A stretch of 64,000 nt of DNA from Synechococcus sp. (GCA_047284725.1 JBJBEO010000001.1:1304203-1368202); one strand, 5' to 3'. Shown: positions 1 to 10,022, counted from the first letter of the stretch. A program made the numbers and translations. Notes: a model not told the origin generated them from the sequence alone.

Positions 1-1
1 G

Positions 2-409
2 GTTGAACCGATCGCCCGGATGATTTGGCCGCCGACGACGACTCCCCGTCAACAGCCCGATCGAGACAGTGACGTCAGCCCAGAGTCGTCACGAGATCGT
101 GCCCCTCTGCCTGAACCACCCATCACAGCCGATCCTTTGGTGCTGCGTGAAAACCTCTACCCGTCCCTGCCTGGCCTCGAAACCGATGAGACCACCATGG
201 AACGGCCCGATGCGAAAGACCGGCTCCGTCCCAACCTGCCGCCCGATTTGCCACCACCACTGGTGATGCCGAACCCCGAACCATTGCCTCGCATGGACAT
301 CGCCGAAGACAGCAGCGTCTATGAGCAACCCAACGCTGCCCAGGCCGCGCCTCTCGCGCGGTTTCATGACGCTCCTCCGCCACCATTGCTTCCCCCTCCC
401 CTTCCTTGA
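2..409 (+). CDS. 3' part of a proline-rich hypothetical protein (truncated by window start)
   Basis: Frame is open from the window start. Low-complexity Pro/Asp/Glu-rich tail ending PPPPLLPPPLP*. Confidence 0.55.
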   Translation, partial: VEPIARMIWPPTTTPRQQPDRDSDVSPESSRDRAPLPEPPITADPLVLRENLYPSLPGLETDETTMERPDAKDRLRPNLPPDLPPPLVMPNPEPLPRMDIAEDSSVYEQPNAAQAAPLARFHDAPPPPLLPPPLP

Positions 410-490
410 AAGCGAGGTCGACACCTCCAAGCACCGTTGCACGCAAGGAGCCCATCACCGGCCGGCTTCGCTGGAAGGGGCTCAAGCAGC

Positions 491-961
491 TCAGGCGTTG
501 GCTGCGGCGAGTGCCCTCACCACATCACCCCGCGTGATCACACCAACGGGCTTGCTGGCAGCGTCAATCACATACAGGCGCTGGGTGCTGCGCTCATGCA
601 GAAGCGCGGCAGCCTTGGGAAGAGGCAGTGATTCAGAGCAGGAATGAACCCCTTGCCCCATCAGATCTTTCACAGTGGTGCCCAGCACCTGATGCACTTG
701 CTTATCCCAGTTCAGTGGGTTGCGTAGATAGATGACGCTGTCGAGCAGCATCACGTAGGGGCCAGCATCCACCCCACTTTCCCGCACCATCAGATCCTGC
801 TCGGTGAGTTCACCGATCAAGACCCCTTCTCCGTTGACAACCGCCAATCCACCGATGTGGTGTTGGCTGAGCAACGACACGGCTTGCTGCAACTCGGTCT
901 CAGGCGTCACGCTGAACACGGGAAACGTCATCACATCGCGGACCGTCTGCTGAAGCACCAT
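491..961 (-). CDS. CBS-domain pair protein
   Basis: Two CBS repeats (VRDVMT..V.PET....AV.LL..HHIGGL.VV...G.LIG; VKDLM...VGVITRGDVVRA). ATG at 961 preferred over TTG at 970. Confidence 0.9.
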   Translation of the reverse strand: MVLQQTVRDVMTFPVFSVTPETELQQAVSLLSQHHIGGLAVVNGEGVLIGELTEQDLMVRESGVDAGPYVMLLDSVIYLRNPLNWDKQVHQVLGTTVKDLMGQGVHSCSESLPLPKAAALLHERSTQRLYVIDAASKPVGVITRGDVVRALAAANA

Positions 962-991
962 GGGACGCAAGCAAGTGCACGCATTCTGAGC

Positions 992-1540
992 TTGAACTCC
1001 CTCTGGCGCATCTGGGCAGACCGTCTCACTTTGATTCGAGCGGTGGCGGGGCTTCCGCTGCTTGTGTCATTGCTGACGCAACAAGAGGGCCTGGCCTGGA
1101 TGCTGCTCCTGGCCGCCGGGCTGACGGATGCCCTGGATGGATGGATGGCGCGGCGGGCCGGCGGGGGCAGCCGCTGGGGAGCACGACTCGATCCCCTCGC
1201 CGACAAACTCCTGATTGCAGCGCCCTTGCTGTGGCTTTCCGCCGATCAGACCTTGCCGCTTTGGGCAGTGTGGCTACTGCTGGCGAGGGAACTGCTGATC
1301 TCTGGATGGCGCCGTGATGCGGTTGACGGGGCACCGGCCTCGTCATGGGGCAAAGCCAAGACTGTGTTGCAGTTCATCAGTCTTCTTCTGCTGCTCTGGC
1401 CCTCAGGCTGGGGCCACTCCGGCCTGGTCGAAGGATTGCACGATCTCGGCTGGTGGTTGTTCTGGCCCTCCCTGGTGATGGCTCTGCATTCCGCCCTGGG
1501 GTATCTCAGGCCGCACCGATCAGAGCTGCATCGCCACTGA
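992..1540 (+). CDS. CDP-alcohol phosphatidyltransferase (PgsA-like)
   Basis: Signature TDALDGWMARR...GARLDPLADK and hydrophobic helices. Start uncertain (TTG 992). Confidence 0.88.
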   Translation: MNSLWRIWADRLTLIRAVAGLPLLVSLLTQQEGLAWMLLLAAGLTDALDGWMARRAGGGSRWGARLDPLADKLLIAAPLLWLSADQTLPLWAVWLLLARELLISGWRRDAVDGAPASSWGKAKTVLQFISLLLLLWPSGWGHSGLVEGLHDLGWWLFWPSLVMALHSALGYLRPHRSELHRH

Positions 1541-2429
1541 CATCAGGGGTGAGCACAGGGCGCTGGCTGTAATCGAGGTCGTAATTGTGCTGGAACGCAC
1601 TGATGGCATCAAAACGGGGCGTCCAGGCCAATTCCCGCTCGGCTCGGCTCACATCGGTGAGGAAGTGACTGAGACGCAAGGGGAAGGCCTTACGCGCCTT
1701 CGGATCCAAACCGCTGGGATCAAACGCACGGATCTCGACGCTGGCAGGATCTTTCCCACAGGCAAGAGCCGCAGCCTCCACCACACCCGCGAAGGTGATG
1801 CCCTTGCGGGACGAACAGTTGTAGATCCGATTGGTTGCCGCATCCACCGCCAGGGATCGCACCATCGCATCGGCCAAGTCTTCAACATGGCCGAGCTGGG
1901 TGATCGTGCTTCCATCACCGGGCATCGGCACAGGAAGGTCATTGCAGACCCGCTCGAAGAACCAGCGCTCGACGGGGTTGTAATTCCCTGGTCCGACGAT
2001 GTAGGTGGGTCGAAAGCTGGTGAAGGGAATGCCCTGCTTGAGCAGCCAGGCTTCCGTTTCGGCCTTCCCGGCATGGCGGCTGGCGGGATCCAGGGCAGCG
2101 TCTTCATCCAGGGGCCAGAGGTTTGAGCCTGCGTAGACGCCCGCCGAGCTCACATACAGAAAGCGATGGGTCGGAGCACCCGTGATGGCCACCACCGCTT
2201 CGCTGTCCTGCAGGGTGCGACCTGAGCTGTCGACGATCACATCAAACGTCTGCCCTTGGAGTTGGGCCAGATCATCGGCGTTGCTGCGATCTCCCTTCAC
2301 ATGGTTGACCCCTTCCGGTGCAGCCTGACGCCCGCGGGTGAACAGGCTGATGTCGTGACCCTGGGCAAGGAGTGTCTGCACGAGAGGCTTACCGACAAAA
2401 CGGGTGCCACCCATCACCAGGATCTTCAT
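1506..2429 (-). CDS. NAD-dependent epimerase/dehydratase family, CSP41b-like RNA-binding protein
   Basis: MKILVMGGTRFVG Rossmann start, YVSSAGVY, FTSFRPTYIVGPGNYNPVERWFF, KAFPLR. Confidence 0.85.
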   Translation of the reverse strand: MKILVMGGTRFVGKPLVQTLLAQGHDISLFTRGRQAAPEGVNHVKGDRSNADDLAQLQGQTFDVIVDSSGRTLQDSEAVVAITGAPTHRFLYVSSAGVYAGSNLWPLDEDAALDPASRHAGKAETEAWLLKQGIPFTSFRPTYIVGPGNYNPVERWFFERVCNDLPVPMPGDGSTITQLGHVEDLADAMVRSLAVDAATNRIYNCSSRKGITFAGVVEAAALACGKDPASVEIRAFDPSGLDPKARKAFPLRLSHFLTDVSRAERELAWTPRFDAISAFQHNYDLDYSQRPVLTPDVSGDAALIGAA

Positions 2430-2510
2430 CACACCTCTGCTGTTCGAGGCCATTGAAGCGTGCTAGGGCCATGGCCCTGCAGGATGGGGCGCAGATCAGC
2501 TGGCTGACGC

Positions 2511-3278
2511 ATGGAGATCATTCCTGCCATCGACCTACTCGGAGGCGCTTGCGTCCGCCTCCATCAGGGTGATTACAACCAGGTCACCCGTTTCAGCGAC
2601 GATCCCGTGGCGCAGGCGATGCGTTGGCAGGAGCAGGGGGCAAGCCGCTTGCATCTGGTCGATCTGGATGGCGCCAAGAGCGGGGATCCGGTCAATGACG
2701 CCAGCGTGCAAGCCATCACCAAGGCGCTGTCCATCCCCGTTCAGCTCGGTGGCGGGGTGCGATCGGTGGAACGGGCTGAATCTCTGATCAACTGCGGCCT
2801 TGACCGCGTGATTCTTGGAACGGCAGCCATCGAGAACCCCAAGATGGTGAAGGAACTCGCAAGCCGTCATCCCGGAAAAGTTGTGGTCGGAATCGATGCC
2901 AGGGATGGAAAAGTCGCCACCCGAGGATGGGTGGAAGAAAGCAATGTGGAAGCCACAGCCCTGGCGCGCGACCTCAGCGATGCCGGTATCGCAGCGATCA
3001 TCAGCACGGACATCGCCACAGACGGCACTCTGGCGGGGCCCAATCTCAATGCCCTGCGGGAAATGGCTGATGCCAGCAGCGTGCCTGTGATCGCCTCCGG
3101 CGGTGTCGGCTGCATGGCTGATCTCCTTTCGCTGATGGGCCTCGAGCCCCACGGCGTTACCGGTGTGATTACTGGACGCGCCCTTTATGACGGTCGCATC
3201 GATCTCAGAGAGGCGATCAAGGCCATGGGTGGTGCACGCCTTCAGGACCCCGAGACCGGCCTGGGCTCCTTTGCCTGA
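2511..3278 (+). CDS. hisA: ProFAR isomerase
   Basis: MEIIPAIDLLGG.CVRL.QG, LHLVDLDGA, QLGGGVRS, TDIATDGTL.GPN, VIASGGV. Confidence 0.97.
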   Translation: MEIIPAIDLLGGACVRLHQGDYNQVTRFSDDPVAQAMRWQEQGASRLHLVDLDGAKSGDPVNDASVQAITKALSIPVQLGGGVRSVERAESLINCGLDRVILGTAAIENPKMVKELASRHPGKVVVGIDARDGKVATRGWVEESNVEATALARDLSDAGIAAIISTDIATDGTLAGPNLNALREMADASSVPVIASGGVGCMADLLSLMGLEPHGVTGVITGRALYDGRIDLREAIKAMGGARLQDPETGLGSFA

Positions 3279-3345
3279 TCACGAATTCACGCATCCTGCA
3301 CGCTGCCAAGCGTACTCCTAATGTGAAGTCATTCCACTTACGATC

Positions 3346-3804
3346 ATGGTGGACGTGAGTCGGGACAATCCGCCCTCTGCAGAGAGCTCCCCCTGTAGGG
3401 GTGTTCAGAGTGCATTTGATCGCTGCCGTTCCCTCGGCATGCGACTCAGCCGTCAGCGGCGCATGGTGCTGGATCTCCTGTGGACGGAAGCAAGCCACCT
3501 CAGTGCCCGGGATATTTTCGAACGACTGAATGCCAGAGGCCGCAGAATCGGTCACACATCGGTGTATCAGAACCTCGAGGCGTTGCAATCTGCAGGCGTG
3601 ATCGAGTGTCTCGATCGGGCCAATGGTCGTCTGTATGGCTACCGGAGTGATCCCCACAGCCATCTCACCTGCCTGGACAGCGGAACAATCGAAGACATCG
3701 ATGTGTCGCTTCCTCAGGAACTCCTCGACCAGATCGAACTGTCCACTGGTTATCGCATCGAGTCGTACACCCTGCAGCTGAACGGACGACGAAGCACAAA
3801 TTGA
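3346..3804 (+). CDS. Fur-family transcriptional regulator (cyanobacterial FurC/PerR-like)
   Basis: GMRLSRQR..VL, HLSARDIF, IGHTSVYQNL, HSHLTCLDSG.IED. Confidence 0.9.
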   Translation: MVDVSRDNPPSAESSPCRGVQSAFDRCRSLGMRLSRQRRMVLDLLWTEASHLSARDIFERLNARGRRIGHTSVYQNLEALQSAGVIECLDRANGRLYGYRSDPHSHLTCLDSGTIEDIDVSLPQELLDQIELSTGYRIESYTLQLNGRRSTN

Positions 3805-3855
3805 TTCCCGTGCGGCACTGGAGACAACCGGGATTGCTCGTTACGTTGGCCGCAG

Positions 3856-5553
3856 TTGAACCATTCAGGGATCGGGGTGAACGCATCCAAAGCCGAGATC
3901 CTTTTACTGGCCCCACCTCTGCTGGGTGAATCCCTGGCGCTTCAACTCACATCTCTTGATCCCGACCTTCCCGTCTGTCTTCGAGAGGATCTGCTGACCA
4001 GCCATCCCAGGCTGGTGGTCTGGTCTCTGGACACTGTGGCCTCCATTCAGCAGCTGCAGTTGGAACTTCACAAGCTTCAGGAGTTCTGGCAACCAACCCC
4101 CGTGTTGGTTCTCCTGCCTGGAACGCTGAAGTTCAGCAGTCCGGAATTACTTAATTTGAATTGTCCGGGTGTGTTGCAGGATCCCGACCTGCCCACCCTG
4201 CGAGAAGGGATTGCAACGCTCCTCAAAGGCGGACGTGTTGTGAGACTGAACAGCGGTGGCCCTGGTGTTGAAACGACCCGGCCCACCATGGGCCTTGGCC
4301 AGTGGTTGCTCACCAGTGGGCTTCAACAGATCAGTAACGATCTTCAACTGATCGATGCCCTGCTGGTTCCACCACCGGACAACCTCCTGCTGCGTCTTTT
4401 GCTTGAAGGCCGGCAGCGGGAACTTGTCAGTGCCCAGAATCTCCTTCTCTGGCTGTGGGGCCCATTGCAGGTTGGTCTCGCCGAGGCTGAACAGCTCAGA
4501 ACAACAGACATCCACACCCCAGATGCGTCACCGCAACGTGATGGCGACGACAACCAAAGTGTCGCCATCACGTTGCGGGAGCGAAACGCCATCGCCGTAT
4601 GGGCCTCGATTCAGGATCGATTGATCAATGCCGTTGATCAGGGCCTCAGCAACGGCACCGGTGCCTTGCTGGCCATCGAAGGACTGCAGCCGGAACGTCG
4701 ACGAGACCTTCTGCTGGCTCTCCTGCAACAGCTTGATCAGGTGATGAACCGACTGCGATCTGGCCCTCCGGAAGGCATCGAGCATCCTCTGCCACTACAG
4801 GACCAATGGGGCACCCTTCAGACCGATCTTCGCCGTCAGGCCATCCAGGCCATGACAGGCAGCTACGTCCGTCTACCCCGCGGTGAAGACCTTCATCCTG
4901 TGGCGGAGACACTGATCAACAGTTCCGACCTCAGCCAGGTCGATCAGGAGCTCCCGGATGCCCGCCGGATGCTCGAGCCGCTGGTGCTCGACAGGCCGGT
5001 CCTGGTCGATGGGCAATTACTGCCCGCAGACCATCCAAAAGCTCTGTTGCAACTCGAAACCCTTGTAAGCAACTGGCTTGTTCGCAGTGCGGAACTGATC
5101 AGTGCAGAACTCCTGGGCATCTGCGGCGATTGGCCTGAATTGCGCCGATACTTACTTGATAATCGGCTGGTTTCCACCCGCGAACTGGAACGGCTTCGCA
5201 ACCAGCTCAATAACCAATCACGGTGGCAGCTATGGGTGCAGCGACCCATCCGTCTCTATGAAAGCCAGCGGCTCCTTTTTCAACTCAAAGCAGGCAAGAT
5301 CCAGCCCCTGACCCTGACCGAGCCCCGCGATCAAGAGCTGCGCAGCCTTGGCTGGTGGCAGCAACAGGTGGCACTCCTGCTTGAAGCGCGCGATGCCATC
5401 GCGCCGCAGGTGCAGACCCTTGTGCAACGCATCGGGGACTTGATGGTGGTTGTGCTCACCCAGGTGATTGGCAGAGCAATCGGCTTGGTGGGACGCGGCA
5501 TTGCCCAGGGAATGGGACGAAGCGTCGGTCGTCGCCCGATCGGCCGTGGCTGA
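3856..5553 (+). CDS. Ycf55/DUF3685 protein with degenerate receiver-like N-terminus
   Basis: C-terminal STRELERLRNQLN...PIRLYES..EPR..EL..L..WQQ.V.LLLE.RDA.APQ...IGRAIGLVGRGI.QG is typical of DUF3685. Start uncertain. Confidence 0.8.
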   Translation: MNHSGIGVNASKAEILLLAPPLLGESLALQLTSLDPDLPVCLREDLLTSHPRLVVWSLDTVASIQQLQLELHKLQEFWQPTPVLVLLPGTLKFSSPELLNLNCPGVLQDPDLPTLREGIATLLKGGRVVRLNSGGPGVETTRPTMGLGQWLLTSGLQQISNDLQLIDALLVPPPDNLLLRLLLEGRQRELVSAQNLLLWLWGPLQVGLAEAEQLRTTDIHTPDASPQRDGDDNQSVAITLRERNAIAVWASIQDRLINAVDQGLSNGTGALLAIEGLQPERRRDLLLALLQQLDQVMNRLRSGPPEGIEHPLPLQDQWGTLQTDLRRQAIQAMTGSYVRLPRGEDLHPVAETLINSSDLSQVDQELPDARRMLEPLVLDRPVLVDGQLLPADHPKALLQLETLVSNWLVRSAELISAELLGICGDWPELRRYLLDNRLVSTRELERLRNQLNNQSRWQLWVQRPIRLYESQRLLFQLKAGKIQPLTLTEPRDQELRSLGWWQQQVALLLEARDAIAPQVQTLVQRIGDLMVVVLTQVIGRAIGLVGRGIAQGMGRSVGRRPIGRG

Positions 5554-5574
5554 GGGGCAGAATGCGGCCTTTCC

Positions 5575-6123
5575 ATGATCGCGCCGATGGCCCGACTGCT
5601 CAACTCGCTTCTGGGCCTTCTTCTGGCGATCACCCTGATGGGTCCAGCGGCTAACGCCAGCCTCACTGACGACCGCTACGACGGAAACATCTACGCCCTC
5701 TACTCCGGCAACGGGTCTCTCGTACCACCATCCACAACACTCAAGACCTCCCAGGACGCCGGACGCACCAGCATCCTGATCTTTTATCTCGATGACAGCA
5801 GCACCAGCAAGGCCTTCGCGCCTTCGGTCTCTGAACTGCAGAGGCTTTGGGGACGCGCCGTTGATCTGATGCCCCTCACCACCGATGCGCTGCAGGGGCG
5901 TCCCACCGAGGGAAGCACTGATCCTGCCAGCTACTGGCACGGGCGCATCCCGCAGGTGGTGGTCTTGGATGGCTCCGGCACGGTGTTGCTGGACGAGGAA
6001 GGCCAGGTCCCCCTTGACGCCATCAACAAAGCCATCAGCAAAGCCACCGGTCTTCCAGCGCCTGAAGGCGTCAGCACCAGCCTGAGTTTCAATGAGCTCA
6101 ACACTGAGGTTCAGACCCGCTGA
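5575..6123 (+). CDS. Thioredoxin-fold thylakoid protein (PSI accumulation factor family)
   Basis: Signal peptide followed by DDRYDGNIYALY.GNGSLVPP, FYLDDS..SK, YWHG.IPQVVV. Confidence 0.75.
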   Translation: MIAPMARLLNSLLGLLLAITLMGPAANASLTDDRYDGNIYALYSGNGSLVPPSTTLKTSQDAGRTSILIFYLDDSSTSKAFAPSVSELQRLWGRAVDLMPLTTDALQGRPTEGSTDPASYWHGRIPQVVVLDGSGTVLLDEEGQVPLDAINKAISKATGLPAPEGVSTSLSFNELNTEVQTR

Positions 6124-6187
6124 ACCAGGCGTTGAAACCGCTTACGCTGCGCGGCTGATGCCTACGGCCCAAGCCGTCGAAGACTGA

Positions 6188-7357
6188 ATGCCTTTGCTGC
6201 TCCTGATCCTCCTGCTGCTGGGTCTGGGCGTGGTCTGGTTGGAGGCGCGCCATCGTCTCCGGCCGGCGTCGCCCCTCCGGCTTGAAGCCCTTGACTGGTC
6301 CGTGACGCCCCGGGGCCAGGACCTGTTGGTGGAGGGTTGGCTTGAAATCAGCAACCCCCATCCCCGTATGGAGGTCTTCGTTCCTGAAATCGACGTGAAG
6401 CCGGTCTTGCTTGGCAAGACCGATCTCAGCAACCTGCAGATCCAGACACAACTCACGGCCGAGCACCCCGACGAAGAAGCCCGCCGCGATGGCTACTGGG
6501 CTGCGTACATCGTGAAAGGCAATCGACGCACCCGCGTGAAGGTGACTGTCGCGATCCGCTCCACAGCAGGGGTGAATGCAGTGGATGACGTCGATACCCT
6601 CTGGGCCGATGTGCACTGGATCAACTACGGACCGTTTGGCCGTCTGACACGTCAGCAAGGGGTGGTTGTACCGCTGCGCCGTCCCGATCCAGTGCTCGCG
6701 GCCAATGCTGCATTCCGCTCTGGTGAAAACTGCTCTGTGCTGCCGATCCGCACCCACCTGCTCGGCCCCCTCGATGACACGATTGAGGTGCTGCGCACCT
6801 ATGCGGGCGACTTGATTCAACCCGGCGATATTCTCACCATTGGCGAGACCCCTGTCGCTGTGATCCAGGGTCGTTATGCCCACCCATCCACGGTTGAGCC
6901 TGGTTGGCTCGCTCGGCTCCTCTGCAGGGCTTTCCACCCGACCAGCAGTCTCGCCACCGCCTGCGGCCTCCAGACCCTGATCGACCAGGTGGGGCCGACC
7001 AGGGTGTTGCTGGCCTGGAGTCTCGGCCTGGTTCTGAAAGTGCTGGGAAGCCCTGGTGGCTTCTACCGGCTCGCAGGGTCCCAGGCCCGGTTGATTGACG
7101 ACGTCACCGGTACCACACCTCCCTACGACCAGACCATTGTTCTGGGTCCATCAGAACCTGAATCCCTGTGCCAACAGGCCGCTGAGTCCCTTGGCGTGGC
7201 CGTCGCCATCGTTGATGTCAACGATCTGGGACGCGTCAAAGTGCTCGCCAGCAGCCGCGGCTGCGATGAATCGCTGCTGCAGCGTGCCCTGCGTCCCAAC
7301 CCTGCCGGCAATGCGAATGAACGCACCCCGCTGGTGCTCGTACGACCCGGTGGCTGA
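6188..7357 (+). CDS. Membrane-anchored F420-0:gamma-glutamyl ligase (CofE)-family protein
   Basis: N-terminal TM helix. C-terminal IRTHLL, GDILTIGETPVAVIQGR, IDD.TG, VAIVDVND, NPAGNANERTPLVLVR. Confidence 0.8.
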   Translation: MPLLLLILLLLGLGVVWLEARHRLRPASPLRLEALDWSVTPRGQDLLVEGWLEISNPHPRMEVFVPEIDVKPVLLGKTDLSNLQIQTQLTAEHPDEEARRDGYWAAYIVKGNRRTRVKVTVAIRSTAGVNAVDDVDTLWADVHWINYGPFGRLTRQQGVVVPLRRPDPVLAANAAFRSGENCSVLPIRTHLLGPLDDTIEVLRTYAGDLIQPGDILTIGETPVAVIQGRYAHPSTVEPGWLARLLCRAFHPTSSLATACGLQTLIDQVGPTRVLLAWSLGLVLKVLGSPGGFYRLAGSQARLIDDVTGTTPPYDQTIVLGPSEPESLCQQAAESLGVAVAIVDVNDLGRVKVLASSRGCDESLLQRALRPNPAGNANERTPLVLVRPGG

Positions 7358-7392
7358 CGCACTTCACCGCAGATGAGAGATACATTGTTGAT

Positions 7393-8448
7393 GTGACATC
7401 GGCACGTGAGGTGGAGTCTTCCAGCAACTCACTCCAAGTCGAGCCGCTGAAAGCCGCTCACCTCTCCTGTCTAAAGGCGACAGATCAGAGCATTCATCTG
7501 CCACAGCTGCAGGCCCTGCTCCTCCAGGGTTGGTTGGGTCAGGCGGAAGCTCTTGTGCCTGGACTGATGAATCCAAGCAAGCCCCTGACGCTCGTCGCCA
7601 GAGAGGACCACTGCCTTCTCATCCTTTTGGTGATGCGCCCTCACAACCGTCAGGGCAGCTGCTGGCGCATGGATGTGCAGCCACTCAACAGATCTGACAC
7701 GATCAGCCAGGGTCACCTGCTTCGTGAGATGTTCAAGCAGGCCCTGCTGCAACCGCACGTCCGTTCCTGCAGCTGGGTTGTGCGCTGCAGCACCAGCGAC
7801 TCCATCCAGCTCTCTGTTCTGAGGGAACTGGGCTTTCAGCCCATTCGAACCCTCTGCCGCTGGCGCCCCGCAGAGGCTTCAGAGGTTCCCCCCGGCCAGC
7901 GCATTGCACGGCCAGAGGGAAGCCGCTGGGTTGCTCTCGATCGACATACAGCGCCAATGCTCTGGCCTCTCGATCAGGCATCCACCAGCAATCTTCAGCG
8001 TCAAATCGTTGATCGTCAGCCGATGGATCTGTTGGATCAAGCCGGAGCTGGCAGCGGCGTGTTGGTCGCATCAGGAGCTCGGGGGGAAGTGGCCATCGCA
8101 GGCCTGAAACGGCAGCAGCGCAGCGACAACGATCAGGTACTGGAAGTGCTGCGGGAGCCAGCGTGGGATGCGCGACTCAATCAGGCCCTTCCCTGGATGC
8201 TCACCAAGGCTGCAGCCGACCAACCCCAAGCCACCTTTGCCTGCAACTGCGAAGACGCAGAGCTGAAAGCGTCATTGGACAGCCAAGGATGGAACCGCGT
8301 TGATGATGAACTGCTTCTTGGCCGCAGTCTCTGGCGTCGTCAGAGCAATGTCCGGCGCCTGCAGGCCACCCGTCCGCTGGAAGCGATGCTCGGGCGATTG
8401 CAGCCTCAGCAACCGCCCCTTCCCACGCCTTCACTGGGCGACCGCTGA
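7393..8448 (+). CDS. Conserved hypothetical protein, probable tandem GNAT-like fold
   Basis: 351-aa ORF in operon context. LRELGFQ and LDSQGW resemble GNAT C-terminal motifs. Confidence 0.65.
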   Translation: MTSAREVESSSNSLQVEPLKAAHLSCLKATDQSIHLPQLQALLLQGWLGQAEALVPGLMNPSKPLTLVAREDHCLLILLVMRPHNRQGSCWRMDVQPLNRSDTISQGHLLREMFKQALLQPHVRSCSWVVRCSTSDSIQLSVLRELGFQPIRTLCRWRPAEASEVPPGQRIARPEGSRWVALDRHTAPMLWPLDQASTSNLQRQIVDRQPMDLLDQAGAGSGVLVASGARGEVAIAGLKRQQRSDNDQVLEVLREPAWDARLNQALPWMLTKAAADQPQATFACNCEDAELKASLDSQGWNRVDDELLLGRSLWRRQSNVRRLQATRPLEAMLGRLQPQQPPLPTPSLGDR

Positions 8449-8462
8449 GATTGTTTGACGTC

Positions 8463-8948
8463 ATGGGCCTTTCAGCCCCCAAACCCCGTTCCGTGCTCAG
8501 CCTCGATGTGGGGCGTCGGCGCATTGGCCTTGCAGGCTGCGATCCACTGGGAATCAGCGTGAAGCCACTCCCAGCACTGAGGCGAAGTCGCTTCGAACAG
8601 GATCTCCAACAGCTTCAACCACTGTGTCTGCAAAGGAGAGTCGAGGCCCTTGTCGTTGGCCTACCCCTCGATCAGGGGGGACAACCGACTGAACAGGCCG
8701 AGCACTGCCGCCGTTACGGCGTTCGTCTGGCCCAAAGGCTTGGATTACCGATCGCCTGGGTGAATGAGCACAGCAGCAGCTGGGCTGCAGCAGAACAGCA
8801 CCATCTGCATGGAGACAGAAGCGGACGCCTCGACAGTGAAGCTGCAGCGCTTCTGCTGGACCAGTGGTTGAACGAGGGCCCCGAACCCGAACCGGTCCCT
8901 TCTTCGGCCCCACGGCATGGCACGGGGCCCGGCGATGCAGGATCCTGA
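8463..8948 (+). CDS. ruvX: Holliday junction resolvase-like / pre-16S rRNA nuclease YqgF
   Basis: LSLDVGRRRIGLAG.D, LVVGLP, VNEHSSS..A, LDSEAAALLL. Confidence 0.92.
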   Translation: MGLSAPKPRSVLSLDVGRRRIGLAGCDPLGISVKPLPALRRSRFEQDLQQLQPLCLQRRVEALVVGLPLDQGGQPTEQAEHCRRYGVRLAQRLGLPIAWVNEHSSSWAAAEQHHLHGDRSGRLDSEAAALLLDQWLNEGPEPEPVPSSAPRHGTGPGDAGS

Positions 8949-8967
8949 AGCAACAGACGTATCACCC

Positions 8968-9513
8968 ATGAACGCCAGCGGCCCCGGCAACAGCGGAGAG
9001 GTCCCCACCGTGTTGGTGAAGGACAGCACGGGCAGGGATCTGTTGTGCTTCCTCGAGCAGCTGATTCCCCTTGACGGAAGCGATTACGCCCTTCTGACAC
9101 CAGTGGATACTCCGGTGTGCCTGTTCCGGCTCAAGGATGGAAGCGATCCTGAGCTCATTGATGCGATCAGCAACAGCGAACCGATCCTCTCCGTCGCCGA
9201 TGTCGTGCTCCAGGAGCACGAGCTCACCTTGGTGCGCTCTGCCGTCACGCTCACCGTGAGCGGAGAGCTGGATGAACCTGAGCCTGACGATCTCGAAGAC
9301 GAAGACGGCGATGACGACGACGCTGAAACCTATGAACTCCTTGTGAGCTTCCTCGTGGAAGAGCAGGAATACGGCCTCTACATTCCCCTGGATCCATTCT
9401 TCGTGGTGGCGCGCATGGATGAGGCAGGTGCTGTTCTTGTGGAGGGTGAAGACTTCGATCGGATTCAACCCAGAATTGAGGCTGAACTGGAAGAGCGTGA
9501 GCTTCTCGAGTGA
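8968..9513 (+). CDS. DUF3727/DUF1292-like acidic cyanobacterial protein
   Basis: YALLTPVDTPV, L.RSAVTLTV.GE, acidic stretch, Y.LYIPLDPFF.VAR. Confidence 0.8.
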   Translation: MNASGPGNSGEVPTVLVKDSTGRDLLCFLEQLIPLDGSDYALLTPVDTPVCLFRLKDGSDPELIDAISNSEPILSVADVVLQEHELTLVRSAVTLTVSGELDEPEPDDLEDEDGDDDDAETYELLVSFLVEEQEYGLYIPLDPFFVVARMDEAGAVLVEGEDFDRIQPRIEAELEERELLE

Positions 9514-10022
9514 TGCGGCGTCAGTGGCTTCAACCCGACTGGGATCCTGGACTGACTGTTGTGCAGCTGCCGCTTGAGCATCTGCTCGACCGCGGCATCA
9601 CCAGTCTTCTGCTCGATGTTGACCGGACGCTTTTGCCTGGTCATGACGTGCGTCTCCCTGATGCGGTGATGGGGTGGGCAGCGGCCGCTCAGCGCCATCT
9701 GCGACTGCATCTCTTCAGCAACAACCCTTCCCGTCAGCGCATTCAGGCTGTGGCCGATCAACTGGGGGTGAGCTTCACCAGCGGAGCAGCGAAACCGCGC
9801 CGCGCTGCGTTGCGACGCGTTCTCCAGGAGTTGCACGTGCAACCGGACGAACTGGCGATCGTCGGTGACAGACTCTTCACCGACGTGCTGGCGGGGAATC
9901 GCCTCGGTCTTTATACGGTGCTGGTCAAACCGGTCAAGGCCGATGGCACCCCCTGCCCCCATGATCGGGTTCAGCGTCTTGAGCGACAACTGGCTCGACT
10001 GCTCGGGGGAGCAAGTCGATGA
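9510..10022 (+). CDS. yqeG: YqeG-family HAD IIIA phosphatase
   Basis: LLLDVDRTL, FSNN, AAKP, IVGDRLFTDVLAGNRLG.YTVLV.P. Confidence 0.9.
   Translation: MMRRQWLQPDWDPGLTVVQLPLEHLLDRGITSLLLDVDRTLLPGHDVRLPDAVMGWAAAAQRHLRLHLFSNNPSRQRIQAVADQLGVSFTSGAAKPRRAALRRVLQELHVQPDELAIVGDRLFTDVLAGNRLGLYTVLVKPVKADGTPCPHDRVQRLERQLARLLGGASR

Noticed and set aside
2465..2478. Perfect 14-bp palindrome AGGGCCATGGCCCT in the divergent epimerase/hisA gap
   Set aside because: A few palindromes of this length are expected by chance in 64 kb of GC-rich DNA, and I saw no second copy.
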